DNA of 64,000 bases from an uncultured Acidobacteriota bacterium (GCA_963836075.1 CAWIIB010000009.1:3136001-3200000); one strand, 5' to 3'. Shown: positions 20,761-31,770, numbered from the stretch's first letter. Made by a program: numbers and translations. Notes: generated by a model from the sequence alone, not told the origin.

Positions 20761-22157
20761 TCGGCAAGGCTGACCGGACCGTAAGGGGTCTCGTAACCGA
20801 TGTTTGCCGCGGCGTCGTTTCCCGCATCGACACAGGGGCTCTGTCCGGGCTGCCCGGCGGCGGTCTGGCTCAGGTAAAAGTCGCCGGCGGAACCGGACAC
20901 GAAAAGCGGGTCACTCTCCAGCATCCCGTCGCCCCAGATTACCTCGCATTGGGTGCAGACGTCGATGGCCGCCAGGCCGCCCTCCAGGGTGCTGTGGCCG
21001 ATCTGCAGGATGGGCGGGTTGTAGTGCGACACGTTGTATTCCATCCTGATCTCGTATCCACCGGGAGCGCTGTTGCCCCAGATAACGTTGTCGGCGAAGG
21101 TGATCACCGAGTCGGAGAAGTAGCTGTCGAGAATCAGGATGCCGCCCGTGTTCTGGCCCGATATGTTCCCGGTGATGGTGTTGCAGATCACCGTTGACTC
21201 GGAGTGTTGGAACTGCAAGCCGCCGCAGTCACCGGCGGCGATGTTGCCGGCCACCAGGTTGTTGATCATCAGCCCGCCGTCACCGATCATATCCGAACCA
21301 AAAGCCATCCCCCCCACGTCACCGTCGGTCTGGTTGTCGAGTACCACGTTGTTGGCGGCCAGGACCTCACGCCCGGTGGCCGTCATCCCGCCGACCCAGG
21401 TGACCGAACTGTTGTTGGCCACGAGGTTGTCGATGACGATGGCGTTGCCGCTGGAGACCGCCATTCCGCCCACCGTGCCCGCCGACTGGTTGCCGGTGAT
21501 CGTATTCCCGGTGACCACCGCCTGGTCGCCGCGGCACTGGACACCGCCGGCGGCCACGATGGCGCTGTTTCCGGAGACCAGATTGTCGATGATTTCCACC
21601 ATCGATGAGGGGGCGCCATAGATGCCGCCGCCATATTCGGCCTGGTTCTTCTCGATGCGGTTCTCGATGATCAGCGGGTTCACCGTGCTGAAACAGGCGA
21701 TTCCCCCGCCGTAATCAGATGTATTGCCGGTGATCAGGTTGCCCCGGATGGTCGGGTCCGCGCCGCCGGAGACCATGATCCCTCCGCCATACTGGCCGAA
21801 CTCGTCGAGGTAGCCGTTCCTGATGGTGAAGCCCTCGAGCAGCGCATCGCGGGTCTCGTTTTCGTGGAAGAAGAAACCGCGGTGCTGTTCGGACGGACTC
21901 CCCTGGCAGTCGACGATGCAGTCATCCGGTCCGTGCTCCGAGCGGACAATAATCGCCTTACCGCGGAATTCGATGTCCCGGTTGCCTGCACCGGTGTAGA
22001 TACCGTCAGCCACCAATACCGTGTCGCCGTTCACGGCAGTGTCGATCCCGGCCTGGATCGTGGTTTGGTCCGCTGGAACATGGATCACGGCAGCGGTGGA
22101 ATGTGCAGCTGATGCGAGCAGGAAGACGGCGCTGGCCAGCAGGATGATGTTTTTCAT
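20326..22157 (-). CDS. Secreted beta-helix protein with hinge and module B (frameshifts near 20730 and 20480-20510)
   Basis: ATG 22157 after GGAGG; DNA tail closely matches the 22287 gene and ends CQVTGLTP-TGA at 20326. Confidence 0.75.
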
Positions 22158-22286
22158 GACCCCTCCCAGGATGAGTCCGGCACGGACGGCGATATGCATG
22201 AAGACATGTATGGCAATAATCGCTATTGAGTTATTGTACATGAAAAGTATACATGCATAAGGAAAACACGGGGGGGGTATCTGTGA

Positions 22287-24555
22287 TCAGGGAGCGATCC
22301 CGGTCACCTGGCAGCTGTCGGTGGCTGAGTCCCCTGACGGGGGGTAGGGCGGCTGGTTGTATGGCGCCGCGGTCACGTCCTCCACCATCAGGGTGAAAAT
22401 ATTGAGTCCGGTCAGTGAGCCGAGGGCCGGGATGGTCTGGGCCCAGGAACTGATCAGGTCGGCCTCCGGTGCCAGGTTGGCATGGCCGGCCCGCCAGTTG
22501 CCGTAGCTCTGTCCTCCGGCCAGCTGGACGTTGATCCGGGCGGCCATGGTGCGGGTGAAGCCGGCGTAGCGGTTGGCCATTCCAGCGGTGATCAGAGTCT
22601 GGAAGGGCAGGGTGCCCGATTCCGGCAGGCAGGTCAGGGATGCTGCAGCCGACGTCCAGCCGTAGTGGAACCCCATGTCGGCCTGGCCCGTATCGTTCAC
22701 CCGGTCGGTGCGGGTGGTGCAGCGGCCGATACGGGGGACGCTTGCTGCCACCGGTGGACAGGTCTCTTCCGCCAGGTTGCTGCCGGCATCGAGACAGGGG
22801 CTGTCGGCCAGCTGTCCGGCTGCCCGTTGGCTGAGATAGAACGGACCGTCCGGGCCGCTGAGGAAAAGCGGGTTGGCGTCGATGTTGCCGTTGGTCAGCG
22901 TGCCGGCCTCGATGTTGTTGAACCGGGTGTACCAGTCCCTGCCCTGCCAGACCTGGCTGTGGAGGTACGGCTGGTCGGGGGCGTTGTTGCGGATGATGTT
23001 GTTGGTCAGCGCCGGCTTGGAGAGGAAGCAGAGGATGGCTGCCGTCTCCTCGTAGGGGTACTCCTGGTTGTGCACCGGGTTGCCGGAGATGGTGTTGCTG
23101 ATCAGCCGGGGGTAGGAGTAGGCGCAGTAGATGGCCGAGGCGTTGACCAGCACATGGTTGTCGGTGAAAAGACTGTTGTAGATCACCGGTGAAGCGTCGT
23201 AGAGATACACGGCGCCGCCGTATTCGGCGAGGTTGCTGCTGAAGACGCAGCCGGCAATGGTCAGCCTGGAAAACCCGATGGCCGAGACCGCCCCGCCGCC
23301 GAACTCGTAGTCTTCCAGTGTGGCGTCCACCGCCTTGCCGTATTCGATGCGGCAGTATTCCAGCCGGCTGCCCGGGTTGGTGGCCGCCGTGCCGTGGAAG
23401 CGGATACCGTTCCAGCAGCCGGTGAGCGTGCGGTCCAGGTTGAAATCCGCCGGCCGGTCGGTGGTGAAGGTGATCATCGACCGGGGTGAGCCCACGGCAA
23501 TGAGTGTCCCCTGGACCGCGAGGCGGTGGAATCCTTCGAACTCCACCCGGGTGCCGGGGGTGACAGTCAGGGTCACCCCGTCATCCACGGTGACGTCGCC
23601 CACCACCCGCACCAGGTCGGCGTTCCAGGTGGTGTTCACCGCTACCGGGCCGGAGACGACCATCTCGTCACGCCGCGGGATGGTCAGGGGTAGCGGTGGT
23701 TCCTTGCTGTCCGGCCTGGCGGCACGATTGTCCCGGGTAAAGGTCTGGCAGCCGTACCCGGCGGCCGGCGATCCGGGGGCCAGGCTGTAGTCGCCGTTCG
23801 CCGGGTCGGCCAGCTGGGGGTCGGTGCCCACCACGTTGTTCCAGGGGGCCGAACCGGCCCCGTCCCATGGCTGGGGGGCGAATCAGCCGTAGTCGCAGAG
23901 CAGGCCGTAGTGCCGCAGGGCGTTGCTGTTGACCGCCGGGTCGGAGAACCAGGTCCAGTTGTGGTGCACATCCGGGCCGTTGATCCACCCCGGCAGCTCA
24001 CTCATGGCAACGGCCAGGCCGGTGGGCAGCCAGTCGTTGGCCGAGCCGTTGAGGTAGTGCACATCGGGACCCGTGTCCAGCGGATCGACCACGATGTTGT
24101 GGTCCAGTTCGATGTTCCGTGCGCTGGAGAGCAGCCGCACCGCGTAGTCGTGGGGCTGGTAGAAAGTGACGTTGCGCACGAAGCCGGCCGGCCAGTGGTC
24201 GGTGGAGCTGTCCTGATAGCCGCGGTAGCGGATATTGCCGCCCAGGATCACACAGTCGTCGATGTCCAGCCGGTTGCTGCAGTAGGAGATGCAGACCTCC
24301 GCCCCCTGCAGGTCGAGGATCGCCCCGTTACCCACGATCCGCACGTCCTCGCCGCCCGGCTAGAAACTGGGCGGTGATGCGGTTGAAGGTCCCGCCGATG
24401 AGCAGCCCGCCGGTATAGGTCACCCCGGTTTCCAGCACGATGTAGCGGTCGTAGCCCATGGCCGGAGACGCGGCGTCATGCATCTCTTTCAGCGTGGTGG
24501 CGAAGAGCGGCTGGCACAGGGCCAGGGCGAGGATGAAGGGGAGAATTGTGCGCAT
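22287..24555 (-). CDS. Secreted two-part beta-helix protein with hinge and module B; candidate selenoprotein (in-frame TGA 23883-23885), frameshift near 24360
   Basis: Signal peptide MRTILPFILALALCQPLFA; ORFs 23883-24344 and 22287-23834 are in one frame separated only by TGA (LCDYG-TGA-FAPQPWDG); downstream part has no leader of its own. Confidence 0.7.
23845..23861 (-). promoter_or_regulatory. Putative bacterial SECIS
   Basis: Minus strand GGGGCC-GGTTC-GGCCCC, loop 27 nt after TGA. Confidence 0.6.
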
Positions 24556-24632
24556 CGAACATCCAGTGCGGTTTAAGGACAGAACACACCCTCAATATAG
24601 GGTGTTTCGGTCGGGATGGCAAACAGGGGAGC

Positions 24633-27123
24633 TCAGGGGGAAATGGCCGCCACCGCGGCATTGCTCCCGTGGGTCCAGTCCCCGGGATAGGCCTCGAGGG
24701 AGAAGAGCAGGGAGAGATTCCCTTCCTGGTAGCTGTAGACCTTGACCGTCGATCCCATCCGGGGATCGGGCCCGGGGCAGACCACGAACTCGTCCCGGCC
24801 GTCACCGTTCAGGTCGGTGCAGGGGCCGACCCGGGCTCCAAAGCGTGCTTCAGCCGGGTCCCAGGCGAAGAAACCGAACCCGTCCAGTTCGCCCACCGCG
24901 AGACCGTCGAAGTTCCAGCCCCGGATGTGCGCGCCGAATGCCGGGGATGGTCCGGGTGCGGTGACCATCTCGTCGATCCCGTCACCGTCCACATCGCAGC
25001 AGGTGACATTGAGCCCGTATCTTGGTGTGTTGTAGGCGAAGAAACTCACCGCCGGGATGGCCGCGGCGGTTGCGCCGTCCACGTTCCAGCCCCGGACGTG
25101 CGCTCCGTAGATCGGGCCCGGACCGGCGCCGGTGACGATCTCGTCAAAGCCGTCGCCGTCGATATCGCCGGCGCTGACCTTAACCCCCCATTTGGGTGTG
25201 CCGTAGGCGAAGTAGCTGACCCCGGGCACTGCGGAAACAGTGGTATCTGGTGTAGGAGAAAGCACGGACGTGCGGGCCGAACACCGCCCCGGGGCCCGCG
25301 CCGGTGATGATCTCGTCCTTGCCGTCGCCATCGAGGTCGCCGGCCGCCACGTTGACCCCCCACTTGTTGGTGCCGTAGGCCAGGAAGTTGAGGCCGTCCA
25401 CGGGCTCGCCGTCGATGGTAAAGCCGCGCACATGGGGGCCGTAGATGGCTCCGGGGCCGGCGCCGGTGAGCAGTTCGCTCCCCGGGTACCGTCCACGTCG
25501 CCGGTGGCCACGTTGACCCCGAAATTCGACGCGCCGTAGGCTGCGAACTCGAGGGTGTGTGCGGCATCCTGCACTGCAGGGAAGACACGGACCAGGGGCG
25601 GGTTGTCCTCGGCCGGGCCCGGCCCGGTGATAATCATCGCGCTGCCCAGACCCGGGTAGTGAAACCCCATGTCCACCATGCCGACGATCGGTCACCCGGT
25701 CGGTGCGGGTGGACAACGTGGAGAGGGAGACCAGCCCGTCGGGGGTGTCGAAGCTGATGTCGGCGGCAGGTTCGCTTCCCGTGTCCACGCAGGGGCTCTC
25801 CTCGGCTTGCCCGGCTGCAAGCTGGCTCAGGTAGTGGTCGCCGTCGGGCCCGGTTGTAAAGAGAGGGTCGGCGTCGATCATGCCGTCGCCCCAGGTCAGA
25901 TTGCACTGGGGGCAGACATCAACGGCGTCGATTCCGCCCATGATATCGGAGTGACCGATCTCCATGTAGGGCGGGCCCCAGGTATCGCTGACTTCCAGCT
26001 TGATCTTGTACCCCTCTGGGGCAGATGTTGTCCCAGACGATGTTGTTGACGAACTCCAGGGGCCGGTCGTCATAGTTGCTGCCGTGGACCATCACCCCGC
26101 CCACTTCCTGGCCTTCGTTCCCGATGAAGGTGTTGTTCGTCACCGTGGCCCAGGCCAGGCTGAACCAGGCCCCACCGACAGGCGCCCGCGGCCCGGTTGC
26201 GGGCGACCACGTTGTTGATGAACACGCCGTAGTCCACCGGGTAGGTGGAAAAGGAGACCCCGCCGAGGAAGCCCTGGTCTCGTTGTCCACGATCACGTTG
26301 TCGGCCACCAGACTGGTTCTCGCCGCCCACCGCCATGCCGCCTACCCACCGTCTACGGACTGGTTGCCGGCGATCAGGTTGCCGATGATCGAGGCCCCCG
26401 GTTCGGCCAGCACATGAAGCCCGCCGACCGCCGTCCACGGCATCGTTGTTGGTGATCGTGTTGTCGGTGATGAACGGGGCGGCTGAACTCGGATCCGGAT
26501 ACCCCCGCCGGAGTATGAGGCGCTGTTCCCGCTGATCACGTTGTCCATGATGACTGGAACACGTCGGCGCCACCGTAGATCCCGCCGCCCGCGAAGCGCC
26601 TGATTGCCTACGATCCGGTTCCCTGTGATCAGCGGGCCTGCATTGCCGTAAAGGGAGATGCCGCCGCCGCTGCTTCACCGAAGTTACCGGTGATGATGTT
26701 GTTGCGGATAGTTGGGCTGGCGTGGTTTTGAACTGGCGATGCCACCGCCGTAGTTGGCGTCCGGGCTGTTGTAGCCGTTTCTGATGGTGAAGCCTTCCAA
26801 TACGGATCCCCGGCTCTCGCGCTCGTGGAAGAAGAAGCCCGCGGTGGGGATCCGCCTCGCTGCCCTGGCAGTCGATGATGCAGCTTTCCGGGCCGTTCTC
26901 CGAGCGGACGGTGATTGCCTTGCCGAGGAAGTCGATGTCCCGGTTGCCCTCACCGGTGTAGATCCCGTCGGCCACCAGCACCACGTCCTCGAGTCTGGCG
27001 GCATCGATGCCGGCCTGGATGGTGGGCTGGTCGCCGGGGACATGGATGATGTCGGCGTGCAAAACAACAGATAAAACGAGAAGGATAAGAAATGTGATCG
27101 GAACAAGTGCCTTGTCGCATCAT
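24633..27123 (-). pseudogene. Secreted beta-helix protein with hinge and module A, multiply frameshifted (pseudogene or sequencing error)
   Basis: Fragments in alternating frames: ADIIHVPGDQPTIQAGID, beta-helix repeats, SPCVDTG..STRTD, DMGFHY, GPGPG-HVRG repeats. Confidence 0.72.
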
Positions 27124-27131
27124 CGTCTCTC

Positions 27132-29386
27132 CTATCTCATCCACCCGGCGGTGGCGTTGCTGCCGTGACTCCAGCCGGCGGGGAAGGTGTCAAAACTGAG
27201 AATCTGTTCTATGTCATCATCGACATAACGGTAGATTCCTGCCGGTGAGCCACATGTCCGGGTCGGGGCCGGCGGTGACCAGGAACTCGTCGCGGCCGTC
27301 GAAGTCGAGGTCGGCGGCTTTGCCCACCCGTGCTCCGTAGCGCGCTTCCGCCGGGTCCCAGGCAAAGAAACTGAAATTGGGCATGGCGGTGGTCTCCTGG
27401 CCGTCCCAGCGCCAGCCGCGGATGTGGGCGCCGAACTGGCTCGAGGGACCGGGAGAGGTGATCATCTCGTCCACCCCGTCGCCGTTGACGTCGGCGCAGC
27501 AGACGTTGACCCCGTATTTCCAGGTGCCGTAGGCCATGAAGCCCATGTTGTGGATCACTTCGGCCGTGCCCCCGTCCACATTCCAGCCCCGGACGTGGGG
27601 GCCGAATACAGCACCCGGGCCGGGACCGGTGACGATCTCGTCGAAACCGTCGCCGTCGATGTCGCCGGCGGTGAGGTTGACGCCCCACTTCAGCGTGGAG
27701 TAGGCGAAGAAGTTGACGCCGGAAAGCGAGGAGACGCCGCTGCCGGGTGTGTAGGAGAAGGCCCGGACGTGGGGGCCGAACACATCGCCCGGTCCGGCGC
27801 CGGTGATGATCTCGTCTCTGCCATTGCCGTCCAGGTCACCCAGTGCCACGTTGACACCGAATTTGAGTGTGCCGTAGGCCATGAAGTTGAGGTCCTGGAT
27901 CGGGGTGCTGTCCGATTCGAAGCCCCGCACGTGGGGGCCGTAGATGTCGCCCGGTCCGGGGCCGGTGATGATCTCCAGGGCCAGGTCGCCGTCCGGGTCG
28001 CCGCAGGCCACGTTTACTCCGTAACTCGATGCGCCGTACGCCGCAAACTCCCGGATGGGCAGTGGGATGTCTCCCTGGGACATGACCCGGACCAGCGGCG
28101 GATTCAGTTCCGAGGGCCCGGGGCCGGCCACGATGCCCAGGGCCGGGTAGTGGTAGCCGATATCAATGGTGCCGGTATCCGGGTAACCGTCGGTGCGGGT
28201 GACGCCCAGCGGGACCTCGGTGGCCGGGTCGCCGGCATCGACACAGGGGCTGTCCACGGGCTGGCCGGCAGCCTCCTGGCCCAGGTAATACCCGCCCTGC
28301 GGCCCATTGACAAAGAGCGGGTCGGCGCTGATCATGCCCGGCCCCCAGGTGTAGGACGCATCGTCCTCCACCTGGATCGCCGATTCGCCGTTGATCAGGT
28401 TGGAGTAACGGATGTCGAGAGTCTGGTTGTTGTCGATAAGGATGTGTCCGGTGATGATGCAGTTGGTGACCCGGAGATGGTCGCTGTACCGAGGATTCGA
28501 TGTTGGTGATGATATTGCCGTCAAGAATCAGGTCGCCGCTGCCCCGCATCGACATGAGGTCGCTGCAGCTCAGCGTGTCATTGATGAAAATGTTGTTGCG
28601 CACGGTGCCGGAGCAGGTCCAGAGCCCGTCACCGTAGTGGGCACTGTTACCGATGAAGACGTTCCCCTCGACCAGCCTTCCATACTTCACTCCGCCGCCG
28701 TAGCCCTCACCCTGCCCACCCCCTGCGCGGTTGCTCTCGATGAGATTACCGATGATCATGCAGTCGCCGCGCGCAAGAATGCCCCCACCATCGGAATCCG
28801 AATATCGTTGAGTGGTTGAGTTGTCGTAGATCCAGTTGTCTGCGATCAGTGGCGATCCACCATAGGTGTCAATGCCCCCACCCGATCCCCAGGCTCCGTT
28901 CCTGGAGATGGTGTTATTGAAGATTTTCGGTGATCCCCCGAAATTTTTTATTCCGGCTCCGGACACGAGAACATCTACCCAATATTCCCCCCAGCCGTTG
29001 AGGGAAATGATATTGCCGGTAATGGTTGGAGAGGAGTCCTCACAGTAGATCCCTCCGCCCACGGCGTTGGTGATAGTGAATCCCCCGATGAATGCACTGG
29101 GGCCTTCACCATTGGCAAAGGTCACCGCCCTTTCCTCATGGAAACTCCCGTCTATCATTGTCAGTACAGGTCCGGCTGAACTGCGGACGACGATGTTCTT
29201 CCCCAGAAAACTGATGGGGTCATAATAGGTGCCGGGGCCCACCATTACCGTGTCACCGTCCACCGCCGCGTCGATGCCGGCCTGGATCGTGGGCTGGTCG
29301 CCGGGAACGTGGATGGTGGCGGCGGGGAGCTGAACCGCCGGAATGAGGAGGATGAGTATCCAGACGATGATCAGCAGCCGGGCCAT
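27132..29386 (-). CDS. Secreted beta-helix protein with hinge and module A (frameshifts near 28495 and 27250)
   Basis: MARLLIIVWILILL leader, ATIHVPGDQPTIQAG; continues in ORFs 27217-28524 and 27132-27365, ends TAGWMR. Confidence 0.78.
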
Positions 29387-29483
29387 GGCGTTCTCCGTAG
29401 TTTTCATGCAGTGATGAGACGGAGCACTGACGCAATTCTACCGCATTTGTGATTGTCCATGAAAAATAATGCAGGTGCCGGAA

Positions 29484-30257
29484 TTACCCGTGCACGTAAT
29501 CCCCGATGTGGCGGATGCGGTCCAGTTCGTCCGCGGTGAGCGGGCCCTGGTTGAGGGCCTGGAGCCCCTGGTCCATCTCCTCCTCGCTGCGCGGGCCGGC
29601 CAGGCAGACATCCACTGCGGGGTGGCTGAGGACAAAGCGGTAACACTCGGCGGCGGTGAGGGCGGTTGCGCCGGGCGGCATCTTTCGCTGCTTGAGCAGC
29701 CGGCCCCAGCGGGTGGCGGTGTAGGTGACGATGCCCGGGGGCCGGTCGGGGAGACCGTCGAAGATCTCGCTTTCCGCGCCACGGTGGGCGGCGCTGTAGC
29801 GGATCATCTGTACGTCGAAGGGCGAGTCGGGGTCGCGGGCGGTTGCGCCGTGGAACTGCCGGTTGTGGCCGGTGAAACCGAGGAAGCGGACCTTGCCCTC
29901 TTCCTTCAGCTTTTGTGCCATGTCGAGCAGCCGGGCGGGCGGCATGCGGTTGAACCAGCCGAGAAAAAGGAGTTCCGCCTGTTCGATGCCCAGGGTGCGG
30001 AGTGCACTCTCCACCGAGCGGTTGAGCCACAGGCCCAGGTGGTCGTAACTCTGGATGGCCACCACCAGGTTGTCCCGCTGTGATGTGAGCAGGGGGCGCA
30101 GGGCGTCACGCATGCCCGGTTTGCGGGTTTCCCAGTAGAAGAAGTTGATCCCGTAGTCGTTAAAGGCGCGCTCCACCGCTTTTTGCGGCGCTTTGTATCC
30201 CCCGGCCAGACCGATCCGGCTGACGGCCAGCCCGGTCCGGCCGAGGGTTGTTTTCAA
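29484..30257 (-). CDS. Aldo/keto reductase family protein (start uncertain: TTG 30257 or ATT 30278)
   Basis: TTLGRTGLAVSRIGL, LKEEGKVRFLGFTGH, RFVLSHPAVDVCLAGP. Confidence 0.85.
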   Translation of the reverse strand: MKTTLGRTGLAVSRIGLAGGYKAPQKAVERAFNDYGINFFYWETRKPGMRDALRPLLTSQRDNLVVAIQSYDHLGLWLNRSVESALRTLGIEQAELLFLGWFNRMPPARLLDMAQKLKEEGKVRFLGFTGHNRQFHGATARDPDSPFDVQMIRYSAAHRGAESEIFDGLPDRPPGIVTYTATRWGRLLKQRKMPPGATALTAAECYRFVLSHPAVDVCLAGPRSEEEMDQGLQALNQGPLTADELDRIRHIGDYVHG

Positions 30258-30282
30258 CTGGAAGGTCGAATCCGAAATACAC

Positions 30283-31584
30283 CTACTCCTGGCTGGCAGG
30301 GGCCTTGTCCATGTCTTCCTTGATCTTCTCGATCCGTTCCACATACTGGGTGTTTTTGCCGCCGCTCATCTCCAGGGCCTGCTGTTCGGTCTCCAGGGCC
30401 AGCTGGTGGTCGCCCATCATCCACTGGACCATGCTCATGGTGTCCAGCAGGTTGTCGTCCGCCGGGTCGATCTCGGTTGCACGCTGGATCGCCTGGAGCG
30501 CGCTGTCGAGGTTTTTCTCCTGCAGGGCCCAGAACCAGGCGTAGCCGTTCAGCGTGGGGGCGTCATCGGCCATGAACGGCGCGATGTAGTCCTCACCGTA
30601 GACCGCCAGTGCCTTCTCGTCCAGGCCGGCCTTGATATAGAGCCGGGCCAGCTCGGGATTGATGTGGGAATCAGGTTCGAATGTCTCCAGCGATGTGAGG
30701 TGGTCGGCCAGTTCAACAGCCCGTTCGGTATTGTATCCGGTCTGGGTGCTGGCGCTGATGTAGGTGCTGAGCAGCGGGATCTCGTCGGGATACTGTTCAA
30801 TGAGCATCTCGGCCACGCCGAAGCCCCCTTCGCGGGTGGCGTCCCGGCTCATCTCGCGCCGCAGGAGATCGAACGCCGTGCCCCGCAGGCTGCTCTCCGG
30901 GTAGTCGGCCAGCGTTTCCGGGATCCGTTCCGGCTTCTCGTAGAGCTGCATGAACCGGGCGAACTCCAGGGCGTTGATCTCTTCGTGGTTGTCGCCCAGG
31001 GGCAGGGTGAGGGCCGCCGTCTCATCCGCCCGCTGGACCAGGGTTCGGACAAAAGGCGCCATGTCGTCATAGCTGTAGTTGCCCTTGTGCTTGCGGGCCA
31101 GCCGGGCCACGGTGGCCAAATCTTCCGGGTTCTCGGCAAAGGCCCGGCGCAGGGCCAGCAGGGTGTACTCTCCGGTGTAGGCCTGCTCCAGCCTGGTGCG
31201 GTATTCGGCCGCTGGCGGGCCGTATCCCACCAACCGGTCGATCTCCTCGCCCTGGTCATTGAGCACCAGCACCGCGGGGGTGCCGCGGATCTTGAACTTC
31301 TCGAAGAGCGTCTTGCCCAGATCCTCGGTGGAGTCGGCGTGGACCAGGACAAAGGTGCTGCTGAGGTATTCGGCGAACTCGCTGTTGTTGAAAAATTGCT
31401 GATCCAGCAATTTGCAGGGGCCTCACGTGGGTGAATAGAAGTCGATGAGGATCAGCTTGTTCTCGGCCCGGGCCTGCTCCTGTGCCGCCTCGAAGGTTTC
31501 CCCTTCGAACCAGAACGGCGCCTGCTGGCAACCCGCGGCGGTGAGCAGCATCAGGATTGAAAGTAGTGTGAGGCCTTTTCGCAT
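30283..31584 (-). CDS. Thioredoxin-domain/TPR lipoprotein, selenoprotein (UGPC); in-frame TGA 31423-31425
   Basis: AAGGAG RBS, lipobox TAAGC, AQEQARAENKLILIDFYSPT-TGA-GPCKLLD, GTP cis-Pro loop, C-terminal TPR-like helices (LNGYAW, LDT). Confidence 0.87.
31393..31413 (-). promoter_or_regulatory. Putative bacterial SECIS
   Basis: AAATTGCT-GGATC-AGCAATTT, loop 17 nt after TGA. Confidence 0.78.
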
Positions 31585-31770
31585 GGTACGGATGCTCCTT
31601 TTTGATGTTCTATTCATTTCCCTGCGTAATTTTTGTCATTGCTTCGCTGGCAATGACGGTGCGGGGCAAGGTCGACTCTCCTCGCTTTTAAAATTGCCAG
31701 CTGTTCCTCTTGCGGAACAGATGCAACAAACGGTGACCCCATTCTGTTGCACACCCCTTCTATAACGAGA

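Noticed and set aside
7200-28050. CRISPR array or diversity-generating retroelement behind the repeated GGCCCCCACGT-type sequences
   Set aside because: The repeats are in-frame protein repeats with third-position variation; there is no repeat-spacer periodicity, cas gene, reverse transcriptase or adenine-specific TR/VR pair.
1852-29400. tRNA-integrated genomic island or prophage
   Set aside because: No integrase, transposase or phage gene is present, and I saw no duplicated tRNA 3' end (att site).
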